A stretch of DNA of 64,000 nucleotides from Raja brachyura (lineage: Eukaryota): contig OY740797.1 of NCBI GenBank assembly GCA_963514005.1, forward strand, positions 20,026,001 to 20,090,000, given 5' to 3'. The notes below the pieces were generated by a model. It saw only the letters and a list, made by a program, of their open reading frames with translations, searched no databases and was not told where the DNA came from. Positions 26,170 through 40,000 of the stretch are shown piece by piece. The translations under genes and the position numbers were made by a program. The stretch's first letter is position 1, and every line of letters begins with the position of its first letter.

Positions 26170-29100
26170 TACTGCGGAGGGGAGAAAGAAGAGTGGAATG
26201 GGCTATTGTAATAGGGGATTCAATAGTAAGGGGAATAGTTAGGCGTTTCTGCGGCCGCAAACGAGACTCCAGGATGGTATGTTGCCTCCCTGGTGCAAGG
26301 GTCAGGGATGTCACTGAACGGCTGCAAAACATTCTGGAGGGGGAGGGTGAACAGCCAGCTGTTGTGGTGCACATTGGCATCAACGATATAGGTAAAAAAC
26401 GGGATGAGGTCCTACAAGGCAAATTTAGGGAACTAGGAGATAAACTTAAAAGTAGGACCTCAAAGGTAATAATCTCTGGACTCCTACCGGTGCTACGTGC
26501 TAGTCAGAGTAGAAATAGGAGGATATTGCAGATGAATACATGGCTTGAAAAATGGTGCAAGGGGGAGGGATTCAAATTACTTGGGCATTGGAACCAGTTC
26601 TGGGGGAGGTGGGACCAGTACAAACAGGATGGTCTGCACCTGGGCTTGAAGGGAACCAATGTCCTTGGGGGTATGTTTGCTAGTGCTGTCAGGAAGGATT
26701 TAAACTAATGTGGCACGGGAATGGGAGCATGAGCAGAGAGACAGAGGGATGTAAAATGAGGGTAGAAGAAATAGGTAACAAGGTGAAAAGTAAAAGTGGC
26801 AGGCAGAAAAATCCGGGGCAAAAATCAAAAAGGGCCACTTTTCAACATAATTGTATAAGTGGTAAGAGTGTTGTAAAAACAAGCCTGAAGGCTTTGTGTC
26901 TCAATGCAAGGAACATTCGTAATAAGGTGGATGAGTTGAATGTGCAGATAGTTATTAATGAATATGATATAGTTGGGATCACGGAGATGTGGCTCCAGGG
27001 TGACCAAGGCTGAGAGCTGAACATCCAGGGAGATTCAATATTCAGGTGGGATAGACAGAAAGGAAAAGGAGGTGGAGTAGCGTTGCTGGTTAAAGAGGAG
27101 ATTAACGCAATAGAAAGGAAGGACATTAGCTTGGAGGATGTGGAATCGATATGGGTAGAGCTGAGAAACACTAAGGGGCAGAAAACGCTAGTGGGAGTTG
27201 TGTACAGGCCACCTAACAGTAAAAGTGGAGTTGGGGATGGCATCAAACATGAAATTAGAAATGCGTGCAACAAGGGTAAAACAGTTATAATGGGTAGACT
27301 TCAATCTACATATAGATTGGGTGAATCAAATTGACAGGGGTGCTGAGGAAGAGGATTTCTTGGAATGTATGCGGGATAGTTTTCTAAACCAACAAGTAGA
27401 GGAACCAACGAGAGAGCAGGCTATTCTAGACTGGGTACTGAGTAATGAGGAAGGGTTAGTTAGCAGTCTTGTTGTGCGTGGCCCCTTGGGCAAGAGTGAC
27501 CATAATATGGTTGAGTTCTTCATTAGGATGGAGATTGACATTGTTAATTCAGAAACAAGGGTTCTGCACTTAAAGAAAGGTAACTTTGAGGGTATGAGAC
27601 GTGAATTGGCCAAGATAGACTGGCAAGTGATTCTTAAAGGGTTGACGGTGGATATGCAATGGAAGGCATTTAAAGACTGCATGGATGGACTACAACAATT
27701 GTTCATCCCAGTTTGGCAAAAGAATATATCAGGGAAGGTAGTGCATCCGTGGATAACAAGGGAAATCAGGGATAGTATCAAAACTAAAGATGAAGCATAC
27801 CAATTAGCCAGAGAAAGCAGCCTACCAGAGGGCTGGGAGAAATTCAGAGTCCAGCAGAGGAGGACAAAGTTCTTAATTAGGAAAGGGAAAATAGATTATG
27901 AAGGAAAACTGCCAGGGAACATAAAAACTGCCTGCAAAAGCTTTTATAGATATGTGAAGAGAAAAAGGTGAGTTAAAACAAATGTAGGTCCCTTGCAGTC
28001 AGAAACTGGTGAATTGAACATGGGAAACAAGGACATGGAAGACCAATTGAATAACTACTTTGGTTCTGTCTTCACAAAGGAAAACATAAATAATCTGCCA
28101 GAAATAGCAGGGAACCGGGGGTCAAATGAGATGGAGGAACTGAGTGAAATCCAGGTTAGCCGGGAACTGGTGTTAGGTAAATTGAATGGATTAAAGGCCG
28201 ATAACTCCCCAGGGCCAGATAGGCTGCACCCCAGAGTACTTAAGGAAGTAGCCTCAGAAATAGTGGATGCATTAGTGATAATCTTTCTAAACTCTTTAGA
28301 TTCTGGAGTAGTTCCTGAGGATTGGTGGGTAGCTAATGTAACCCCACTTTTTAAAAAGGGAGGGAGAGAGAAAATGGGGAATTACAGACCAATTAGTCTA
28401 ACATCAGTAGTGCTGAAAATACTAGAGTATATTAAAGATGGGATAGCAGCACATTTGGAAAGCGGTGAAATCATTGGACAAAGTCAACATGGGTTTATGA
28501 AAGGTAAATCATGTCTGACGAATCTTATAGAATTTTTTGAGGATGTAACTAGTAGAGTGGATAAGGGAGAACCTGTGGATGTGTTATATCTGGTCTTTCT
28601 GAAGGCTTTTGACAAGGTTCCACATAAGAGATTAGCATACAAACTTAAGGCACATGGTATTGGGGGTTCAGTATTGATGTGGATAGAGAACTGGCTGGCA
28701 AACAGGAAGCAAAGAGTAGGAGTAAACGGGTCGTTTTCACAATGGCAGGCAGTGACTAGTGGGGTACCGCAAGGCTCAGTGCTGGGACCCCAGCTATTTA
28801 CAATATATATTAATGATCTGGATGAGGGAATTGAAGGCAATATCTCCAAGTTTGCGGATGACACTAAGCTGGGAGGCAGTGTTAGCTGTGAGGAAGATGC
28901 TAGGAGACTGCAAGGTGACTTGGATAGGCTGGGTAAGTGGGCAAATGTTTGGCAGATGCATTTTAATGTGGATAAATGTGAGGTTATCCACTTTGGTGGC
29001 AAAAATAGGAAAACAGACTATTATCTAAATGGAGGCCAATTAGGAAAAGGGGAGATGCAGCGCGACCTGGGTGTCATGGTACACCAGTCATTGAAAGTAG

Positions 29101-29801
29101 GCATGCAGGTACAGCAGGCAGTGAAGAAAGCGAATGGTATGTTAGCTTTCAAAGCAAAAGGATTTGAGTATAGGAGCAGGGAGGTTCTACTTCAGTTGTA
29201 TAGGGTCTTGGTGAGACCACACCTGGAGTATTGCGTACAGTTCTGGTCTCCAAATCTGAGGAAAGACATTCATGCCATAGAGGGAGTACAGAGAAGGTTC
29301 ACCAGACTGATTCCTGGGATGGCAGGACTTCCATATGAAGAAAGACTGGATAGACTTGGCTTGTACTCGCTGGAATTTAGGAGATTGAGGGGGGATCTTA
29401 TAGATAATAATACAAAAATAGATAATATACAAAATTCTTAAGGGGTTGGACAGGCTAGATGCAGGAAAATTGTTCCCGATGTTGGGGAACTCCAGAACAA
29501 GGGGTCACAGTTTAAGGATAAGGGGGAAGTCTTTTAGGACCGAGATGAGAAGATCTTTTTTCACACAGAGAGTGGTGAGTCTGTGGAATTCTCTGCCGCA
29601 GAAGATAGTTGATGCCAGTTCATTGGCTATATTTAAGAGGGAGCTAGATGTGGCCCTTGTGGCTAAAGGCATCAGGGGGTATGGAGAGAAGGCAGGTGCA
29701 GGATACTGAGTTGGATGATCAGCCATGATCATATTGAATGGCGGTGCAGGCTTGAAGGGCCGAATGGCCTACTCCTGAACCTATTTTCTATGATTCTATG
29801 A
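26170..29801 (+). mobile_element. Long CR1-clade LINE: ORF1 SGNH esterase plus disrupted ORF2 (APE endonuclease-RT)
   Basis: ORF1 26193-26708 GDSIVRG/HIGINDI/DGLHL; ORF2 VYRPP, SDHN, GVPQGSVLGP, FADD; in-frame stops and a frameshift; (TTCTATGA)n tail; 5' boundary approximate. Confidence 0.93.
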
Positions 29802-30044
29802 TTTAAGAAACTTACAAAGAAGAACAATCATAGAGTGGGTACATATACACACATATACATTAAAAATCTATACAGCTTTGACTTGTCTAAGGACAAGTGA
29901 ATTCAAAGCGAGCAAAGCTGTATAAAGCTCTACCCTGTTTATCCCCTTGTTGGGCAAAGTTGATTTTCTTATAAAGTATTTTTATAGTTAACACAGTAGA
30001 TTTAAAATCATCCAATGGTGTCTATAGAAAAAGTAATAGTCATT

Positions 30045-30412
30045 TACAGGAAGGTAGACACAAAATACTGGAGTAATTCAGCGGGACAGGCAGCATCTCT
30101 GGAGAGAAAGAATGGGTGACGTTTTGGGTCACTGATGTCAGGGGAATGGGCGGGATATAGATAGAACGTAGTCGGAAACAGTAAGACTGGTGGGAGAACT
30201 GAGAAGGGGGACGGGATGAAGAGAGAGGGAAAGCAAGGGCTATTTGAGGTTAGAGAAGTCATTGTTCATACCGCTGGTGTGTAAGCTACCCAAGCGAGAT
30301 ATGAGGTGCTGTCCCTCCAATATGCGCTGGGCCTCACTCTGACAATGGAGAAGGCCGAGGACAGAAAAATCAGATTGGAAATAGGAGGGGGAGTTAAAGT
30401 GCTGAACAACCG
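30045..30412 (-). mobile_element. Penelope-like terminal repeat fragment
   Basis: GACACAAAATACTGGAG...GCAGCATCTCTGGAG...GACGTTT motif shared with copies at about 35300, 37860, 38150, 42130, 48240, 49150, 63150 and 63870. Confidence 0.65.
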
Positions 30413-30423
30413 GGAGATCACTT

Positions 30424-32696
30424 ATTTATTTATTTATTTTTTTCTGTTAAATATTTTTTATTAGAAGTAAGTACATATCAAGATAAGGATATACATGTCA
30501 TATACATTCTTATTATTAATATTAACAATTGTTTCTAATTTGTACTTCTATGATTTTTTTCATTTTTAATATAGATAGGAAATAAAAGAGAGAAATAAAA
30601 TAAGGATAGATGAATGAAGTATTAAGCAGTTTGTACATCATTGGAGATATATCCATGGGTTATTATATGTAAATCTTCGTCTATTTCTTCGTTCAGGCAT
30701 CAGTCAGGTTCTCGCACCGAACCACCTTGACCCTTTAAATATTCAATAAATGGCGACCATATCCCTCTGAATTGATCCAACTTGCCCAGAAGGACAGATG
30801 AAGTGTCTCCGACATTTCAGTGACCCACAGTTTGATTGTGGGGGATGTAGGACCTTTCCAAAATTTCAATATTAGTTTTTTCCCAATTATTAAACTGTAA
30901 TCAATAAAAATTATTTGATTTATTGTTATTAATTGATCTATTTCTAATATTCCTAATATTATTAATTTTGAGTCAGGAAGCAAATTTGTATTAACAACAT
31001 TCGAAATTATCTTAAAACTTTCTGCCCAAAAGTTAGTAATTTTTATACAGTTTGTGAATGAGTGCGTTAGATTAGCTTCTAAGTGTTGACATTTATCGCA
31101 TATGGCTGGTATATTTGAAAAAAATCTATGTAATTTTGATTTTGAATAATGTAATCTATGTAGTACTTTAAATTGTATCAAGATGTGTCTAGCATTTAAC
31201 GAACAATGATGTATATTTTGTAAACTTTCATTCCATATTTCTGGTCTAATTGTTTGACCTAATTCGTTTTCCCATGATTGTCTATATGTTTCTGTCATTG
31301 GTACATCATTTTCTAATAAAATAGTATAAATATATTATATCAATGTTTCTGTATTTGGATGCTTATTTAGACATTCATCTAAAATTTCTGCCTTTCTATT
31401 TCTAATTTCCTGTGTGTTTGATTTTACGTAGTCTCTGATTTGTAAATATCTAAAATAATCTTTTGAATGTAATCCATAAATTTGTTGTAATTCTTGAAAT
31501 GAAAGAAAGGAGTTTTCCCTGTAAAGATCACCCATCCTAATAATTCCATAATTTTTCCATTGTGAAAAACCTTTACCCATCATTGAAGGTTTAAATGTGA
31601 CATTGTTTACAATGGAGAGAGCTAGTGGTATACATTCCAAATTTAATGTTTACTTAAGTTGTTTCCAAATACGTATCCCACTCTCTATTATAGGGTTTTC
31701 TTTATAGGTTTTCTTATCTAGTTTAGCATTAGCAAATAAAATTGTGCTAATGTCAAAAGGTGTACAATCTTCTTTTTCCATTTTTAACCAATTTGGTTGT
31801 TTATCTAATTCATCCAGCCAAAAATTCATATTTTTAATACTAACTGCCCAGTAATAAAACATAAAATTTGGTAATGCTAGACCTCTATTTATTTTTGATT
31901 TACATAAGTGTTTTTTATTTATTCTATGACTCTTATATTCCCAGATAAAATTGGTGATTATGGAGTCAACTTTTTTAAAAAAGTTTTTAGGAAGGTATAT
32001 TGGTATCAATTGGAAAAGATATAGTATTTGTGGAAGAAACATCATTTTTATTGCATTAATTCTACCTAACATTGAGATAGGTAATGTTTTCCAATATAAA
32101 ATATTCTTATTTAGTTTATTCAGTAATGGTGGGAAATTAGATTTAAATAAAGAATCATATTTTTGTTATGTGAATTCCAAGATATTTGATTTTTTCTTTT
32201 GCTATCTTAAAAGGATATTGTTGTAATGTATGTAGATTATTTACCGTTATTGGCATAAGTTCACTTTTATTCCAATTAATACTATATCCTGAAAACAAAC
32301 CAAATTCAGTTATTAAATTTAATAAATTTAAAATACTAATTTCCAGTTTTGTAATATAAAGTAATACATCATCAGCATATAAGGAAATTTTATTTTCAGT
32401 TTCTCTAGTTTGGTACCCATATATTTCAGGATGTAATCTCACGCTTTGAGCTAATGGTTCAATTGCAAGTGCGAACAATAGTGGGGATAAGGGACAACCT
32501 TGTCTACAGCCTCGGGATAAATTAAATTTAGTTGATAACATTTGATTTGTTAATATTCTAGCTGTTGGATTAGCATATAATAATTTAACCCATGATATAA
32601 ACTTCTCTCCCAACTTAAAAGTTTCCATGACCGAAAACAGGTAAGACCATTCCACCTGGTCAAAGGCCTTCTCCGCATCTAATGAAATAATTACTA
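30424..32696 (-). mobile_element. 5'-truncated L1-clade LINE
   Basis: RQGCPLSPLLF, LYADD, C-terminal CDKC zinc motif; TSD GGAGATCACTT at 30413-30423 and 32697-32707. Confidence 0.9.
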
Positions 32697-33654
32697 GGAG
32701 ATCACTTTTAGAGCACGGAATGAGAACCGTTGTGAAATGTTGTCATTTACAGGATTTTGCTGCAAACTTGCTCTCTTAATCTTTGCTTGTTTCATATCTA
32801 TTTTTATCTGAATTGATTTTAGAAGCGATAACGACCCAAGTTCACAATGACTTTTGTACAACACCAGTTAAAATGGTGAAATGTGTGAAAATTTCGCATT
32901 CTGGACCTGAGATACTACACACCTACCTCATATATTGTTGTTATGTGTTTTGAACGTCAAAATTCAAGATTAGAGAACGTACATGCATTGTGATGCTCTC
33001 AGTGTGTAAAAAGATAACAAAGAAGTTAACTCGAGTTGATGGCTTAATTTATTGCTTGGAGTATGTTAGTTAATATTAAATTATTCTTTACCTTGCAATG
33101 ACAAGTTAACTCCTCGTTTTCTTAAGCACCCGTAAATATTTTTGATTATATTTATACAGCTCACTAAGACTTTTTGGAACAATAAGTGCAAAGCAAGCGA
33201 TCTAAAAATTCCAGGAGTGTAACTAGTTGTTTCAGATGTCAAATGACACAGCTTTTTTGACAATTTGAATGTAAAACTTTAACAATTAGAATGGTTGTTT
33301 CCCCCAAAGAAATGACAGCAAGGAGAAAGTGCAAGTCGATGATCAAATCTTGCTTGGAGCAAATAAGTGAAATCAGAGGATAGAGATGGGATTGTCCTTG
33401 CTACATATCAAGGTTTAAATTTGGAAATGATACACGTGTTTGAGTTTCAGCTGCCTCTAAAATATCCCTATTGTGGGGAACATTTCCGCTCATGTAGCAA
33501 TCAGATCGACTGGAGAATCTCGCAAGGGATACGCACAAGCACTGCATGCTGTGTTATCTGTTGAGGGTGAATGTAGAGCCTCTTGTACATTTGGCTTCCC
33601 GTGAAGTTAAAAATATGTATTCTGCGCAGGAGCAGGAATCTGCAGATCATGGAG

Positions 33655-34032
33655 GGGAACAACAGGAAGTTGCTGAGCCACACAGCTCCCTGCCTTCACC
33701 CCTAACAATCCTGTCAACCCCACCCCCGCCACGCACATCTTGTGATAAAAACTCTGCTTCAATGTATTTTCGAATTCTTTGAATTAGCCTCAATTTCCAT
33801 TTCCAGCTACGAGCATGTTCTTCGCAGATCTCAACTGACGTTTGAGGGTACTGAAACCGCAAAGCTGCAAGTCTGACATTTAGTTTCGTTTGCACAATAT
33901 ACCCCGTCAAAAAAAAGTACCGTTATTCCCACCCACCATCCCCAAACCAACGCAGCTGCGTGGCTCAGCAACTTTCTGTTGTTCGACTCCGCGGTCTCTC
34001 GTGGCTCCTCAATTGCGAAGTCGGTACTCAGT
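33655..34032 (+). promoter_or_regulatory. Putative promoter/5'UTR of the IgSF gene (CpG-enriched; ETS and IRF-like motifs)
   Basis: CAGGAAGT at 33663, AGTTTCGTTTG at 33882-33892, TTTCCATTTCC near 33794; CpG visibly higher than in flanks. Confidence 0.4.
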
Positions 34033-34087
34033 ATGTATGGAAAAAATGAATTTAACCCCTTCCTCATTCTGGCCGTTACTTGCACAG
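34033..34087 (+). CDS. IgSF receptor exon 1, leader peptide
   Basis: ATG...acag|gtattc; MYGKNEFNPFLILAVTCT, 55 nt, phase 1, 240 bp upstream of the V exon. Confidence 0.7.
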
Positions 34088-37000
34088 GTATTCTTCAAAA
34101 ACACTTGCACATGAAGCAGCGAGTTCACTTAGCAAACTAATTATCATTTGTTTTGTCGCTCTTTTTAATTCATTGTGTCTGGTCTTTGGAAGTATCTGTT
34201 CATGTGTGATTGTACATCAAGCAAGTCGCTATTTCCATGGATTTCTTAAAATCAACTGAAAGATGAGGTTTGTTGTTGTCCTGAGCCTTTCGTAAATATA
34301 CACACTCTTTTCCGTTTATTTTTGCAGCATTCGCCGTGGTTACGGAGGTGCATCAAATTCCGGATAAAGTCGATGTATTAGCAAGGCAGAACGCGAGTTT
34401 GCAATGCTCCTTCGAGCTATTTAAAAACAAAAATAACATTAGGGTGTATTGGTGGAAAACTGGAGAACGGCAGTTTTTCAGAGAGGGAGATGATCCCAGG
34501 AAAATGTTCAAGGTGGAATCTAGAGCGAGTGCCGCGCTTAAGATTCGGAACGTGACAATGGGAGATGCCGGAATCTATTACTGCAGGGTGGAGGGTGAAT
34601 ACACTGGAAATGGAACAGGTGTAACCCTTGGAGTAAAAGGTGAGCGATCGTTCTCAGCAACATGCTGCCACTTTTGTTTATAACCCTGGCTCAGTGCAAT
34701 GTTAATCCGCTGCAGTGCGACAGGAGACTGGAAAGGAATGAAGGGAATAAAAAGTAGCTAAAATATATTTCCGTACAGTTTTCTTTTACGGTTCATACGC
34801 TACGCGTAAATAATGGTCGCTGCCGGGAAAACCCTTACAGCAGTGACAGGGGGTACAAGGGAATATCGGTACCGGGCATTGCGAACCACGGGAGACCATT
34901 ACATGTATAATAATGGAAGGGGGATATTCGTAAATGAACGCGCCGAATGCATATTTTGTATCATCCATCTGCGTCCCTTTATTATTCCGTGCGGCAACCG
35001 CGGGCATCGGCTGAACAGTTATTTCGAAATCATTTGCTGAACAAAATTGTACTTTTAAGGTATATGTCGCAATACGCTGTGCTCAGTAGCTGCAACATAT
35101 TGTCTGAAATGCATTACCATTTCCCCAGTATCCGTCTACTTCTATCCATTGAAATTGCTGACTTCCCACAAACTTGAATGTAGTTCATTAAGACGAAATA
35201 TTTGAATTTAATTATCAGTTATCGTTTACCCCTAAAGAGTACCGGTATGGGGTTTCAGTTCAGCTGGGCAGGGAAGAAGCAGACCGTTGATTGTATTTGT
35301 TAAAGAAGGAACTGCAGATGCTGGAGGATCGAGGGTACACAAAAGGCTGGAGAAACTCAGCGGGTGCAGCAGAATCGAAGGAGATAGGCGACGTTTCGGG
35401 TCGAGACCCTTCTTCAGACTGGTTAGGGATCAGGGAAACGAGAGATATAGACGGTGATGTGGAGAGATAAAGAACAAACAATTTTCAGGTGTTCCATCCA
35501 AGGGGAATTGCCACGTTTTCTGCAAACAGCTACTTAATGTTATATGTTATTATATGTTATATGTTAATAAACAATTCCCGCTACTTAATAAACAATTCGG
35601 TTCCCAATTGGTTGCGGCATTCCACAGGAAGGGAAATCAATTTCCAGGATACACTGGAAGAGCTGCCGAAAGGGTGGAAGGCAGAATCAACTGGGCTGAT
35701 GGAAAATGGCCATCTGAGTTATCGATGTATATTGCTACATCACGAGTGGTCTGTGTAATATTCCAATATGTTTCACGGGAGAGTAGCGCATTGATTCATG
35801 CTCAAACATGCTGGGGTAGAATTATATGTACGCATTAATTTTCCCCTCACAATGGACTGCCACCCGGGGAGCAAAACAATAATTCCTGGAAAGTCGGGTT
35901 GCAATGGGATAATTGCACTGAACTCTCTCCGGTTAATGCACTATATGTGCCGTCCGACGGTGCTGTCAATTTGGCAGAAATATATTGGGGAAACTTAATT
36001 GGTGCTAACCTCAGTGAATGTATATGGAGCTCTGCATTTAATTTGCTTATTTCCAAAACTGAAGTCAGTCGCTCGGATAGCATACACAATATTTGAACTT
36101 TAAATTCCCCTGCTCCACCAATCGGTTGCTTCAGAGATGCATTTCTCTTTAACCGATTGTGTCTGAAGTGGGGCAGTTTGGACTGTAAAATTTGCACAGT
36201 TCATTGACATATTTCGTTTGGTGGTGTCACGCGAAGTTAAATTACTAATCCAGCCCAGACTCATTCAGCGTTATGTTATTGCATACATTGGGAAACTAGG
36301 GACCGTGTCGAAAGAATTTCAAAGCCAAATTGCGAGATTCTGCGATTACAAATAGACCAATTCCTCCCCGTGTCGAAAGAATTTCAAAGCCAAATTGCGA
36401 GATTCTGCGAGTACAAATAGACCAATTCCTCCTTAAACAATGTTACAAAAATATGTTAATATGTGCTAGAGTTGCGCTGTTATTTCAGGGATCGCGAGTG
36501 CCCCGAAGGGGATGGATGATGAAGGCTACTCGCCCGCTCAAGTTACATACCTTAATTTTTATTTGATCAATCCCAAATCAACACATTCAATTATTCGGTT
36601 CTGGAGCATTAATCCCATTCCGATTGGAAATGTTAATAGTTAAATGGTAAACGTTGAAAGTACCAATTTCCCTTCCCGTCCACCAATAGCCCCTGTGTCT
36701 ATTTCAAACCTTGTTCTCCAGAGGAAAAATTGGACGAGTGAATGTGCTAACCAACGATTGACAAAACAAAAACTTAATTTCTGGACATCTAAATTTAAGC
36801 CCTGGATAGGCTCCTTTGGGCGTTATTTCTGGATATATAAATTATGTAATCTATGTTCTGTAATTTATGTTTCCAGAAAATCCTGGTTTATTTGTGCAGT
36901 TTACAAGTACTGACACGGGTCTGAAGTTAAATAGCCCTTATTAGAATTCCAAGGGACTCATCGGCTTTCATATAACCTACTTTCTTACCGTTTTTGTTTA

Positions 37001-40000
37001 TAAAAGCCAAATTGACTGACTTTGCAGGATAGTCAACTGACAGACTATCCTCCCAATGCAACATGAAGATATTATTTCATTTAAAGATGTTTCATAGTAT
37101 TGAGAATGCATGCATTATTTCTGTTGCTCTCAGTCAAAGCATTTGCCTATCCTTTAATAATATTTAATGTTCTCTGCTGTAGATTAAGTATCTATAATTG
37201 TATTGCTTTTCTTTAATTGTAGATACTTATCAGCATTTTTAACAGAGGATGCCGCAGAAAATTTGCACTACTGAAATGCATGATTTAAGCAGACCATTCT
37301 TAATGATTAAGAATGGGGTTTGGTGGGACAGAGGCATGGAGTTAGTGGGAAGGGGTGAGAACAAGTGGCAACAGTGTGAATATTTGGAACAAAATGTATC
37401 ATTCCTATAGGTAAAGACTGATTTCATATGAATGGTCCTGGCAGCCATTTTCCCACATTATCAATTATTATTTAATTATACAATGCAAATTATGTATTTT
37501 TAATATTCTAAAATGTTTCTTAATTTATTGGTAATTTGACTAGAAGTAAAGTAGGCCATGTTGGTCTTACCATTATTTATCTTCAATTGAGACAATCAAA
37601 ATTATTTTTTAAATTTTGTTACACTTTGCAGAATACAACTTTGTATGATAATGATGCTAAATTATTTTGGCAAGTAGAGTTTTATGACATATGCCCAAAT
37701 ACAGTAAGTACAATGAACAGCTTGCTTACAGTAGCATCAAAGGCAGGCAGACTAAGACAGCTAACAGACCATATTTTATGCATGAAATTAAACATAAATT
37801 ATGAAAGCCAGTGCAAAGAAAAACAGTGTGTAATACAAGAAATTTGTGCAAAACAGATTCTGAAGAAAGGCCTCGACCCGCAATGTCGCCCATTCCTTCT
37901 CTCTATAGATGCTGCCTCACCCGCTGAGTTACTCCAGCATTTTGTGTCTACCTTCGATTTTACCAGCATCTGCAGTTCTTTCTTACACAGATTTAAAATC
38001 AAGTCCATTGTTGTGCAAGAGGTGGTCCTTAGCGTTTCGCTGCTGAGGAAGGATTAAGATCATGAAGGCCATTTCAGGATTTGATGGTGTAGGAAAATAG
38101 CTGTTCCTGAACCTGGTGGTGTGGGAATTTAGTGTTCTGTACAAGAAGGGTTTCATCCCAAAACATCACCCATTCCTTATTTCCAGAGATGCTGCCTGTT
38201 CGCCAGTTACTCCAGCATTTTATGTCTGTCTTCAACTTAAACCACCATCTGCAGTTCTTTCCTACACATTAGTGTTCTGTACCCCCTGTCCGACAGTAGC
38301 AGAGAAAAGAGAGCATGAGCCATTTGGTGGAAATCACCGATGATAGATGCTGTCTTCATTGTGTAGATGCCTTCGATGGTGAACTGCATAAAGCTTATGC
38401 ACTGTACAAGCATCACAATTTATTTAAAAAATGTTGTTACATTTTGTAGAAACTAGCTTTTTATTGTAATGCTGCTGTTCTTTTGCCAAATACAAGCTTT
38501 TACTCTGACAAGCTTTGTTTTAATAGAGACATGAATATTACCTGACAATGGAATTTTTTAATGAATGAATGAATAAGTTTATTGGCAAAGTAAGTCCACA
38601 TGCAAGGAATTAGCCTTGGTGCTCCGCGCACAAGTGGCAACATGACATTCAGAGACAATTAAGGATGACACATATATTAACATATACAATAAACATTAAC
38701 AATAAAACATTATCGATTAAACATGTGAATTAAATAAAATACCACAGCCAAAGGAGGCTACAAATTTTTGGTTATTGAGTAGAGCTATTACTCGTGGGGG
38801 AAAAAGCTGTGTTTATGTCTCAGCTATTTGATTAGATAATGGTAGCTGCCTACTTTAACAATGTATTAATTTCACAAAATGATCACATTATATTCAAGTG
38901 CAAGACAGACATAATTGGAATTCAGACTACACAACCTATATTTGGGTTTACACCAGGGCATATCATTCTGTGCCAACCTAGCTCAGTACTTCATTCATTT
39001 CAGGCTGATTTATTCGAGTATGTACCTACACTTTTGTTGAATAAAACCATTAAGTGTGCAGGATAGCTTCTTCCTTTCCCATTTCCAGCAAATGCACCAG
39101 GTCATCTCCTTTTTGTTAATGTAGGTGTAAAATATAAGTAGACAAGCCCAGAGTTAATTTGGATTCATCATGATTGGGTTTTTAATTTTATATCCACATA
39201 GATCTTTACAGTGCAGAACAGAACACATTTACCCAATAAGTCCCTATTATAATATTTTTTGTACAAGATGGTGTCAGATTATTATACCAAAATGTTCTAT
39301 AGATCAGCGAATAGTCATTTTTAATAATGGAGGAATGAAATATTAGAAAATGGAATATTCTAACATATTCCAATGTATACCAGACAAATATATTGGTTCA
39401 CATCTTGTTTGTAATATTGAAATCAGAACATATGTTATTTTTAACATTTTCTACAGCTACCCCAGAACCAATGAAGATTTTGGAATCACAAGATGCGGAT
39501 GGTTCTCTGCTGTGCAAAACCTCTGGGTTCTATCCTGCAGACTACAGCTTGTCCTGGTATAGAGATGGTCAAAGAATTACGAATGGAGTAAAAACAAACC
39601 ATCAGCTTAATGCAGAGAGTCTAACTGAAGCCTCCAGCTATTTGCACGACACACAGCCAGCACAGGAAGGAACTATCTACGAATGTGAAGTGTCTCACTC
39701 CACACTCAAAGCTCCAGCTTCGGCCACTTATATTGTCAAACCTGCAGGTAGAAACATCCCTCTTTTGACAAAGCATTTAATTTGTATATGATTACGTTAT
39801 GTCTGGTTGAATTTTTTATTGTAGTAATACCTAGCAGGCGATGAGTTAAAATCTGAATTTTCAGAAACTGGGTTTGCATGGAGTGTTTTAAATTAATAAC
39901 AGTACACACCAGCTGCAGCTTCTAAGCTATGTGACATGACTTTACACTACTTCTTAAGGTCCACTTTTATTCAATATTTCCTTGGGTGTAATCCTTTGCT

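Noticed and set aside
34328-34700. V exon as a rearranging TCR/Ig V segment
   Set aside because: The G strand is already in the exon, it ends in a splice donor, and no CACAGTG heptamer/nonamer follows
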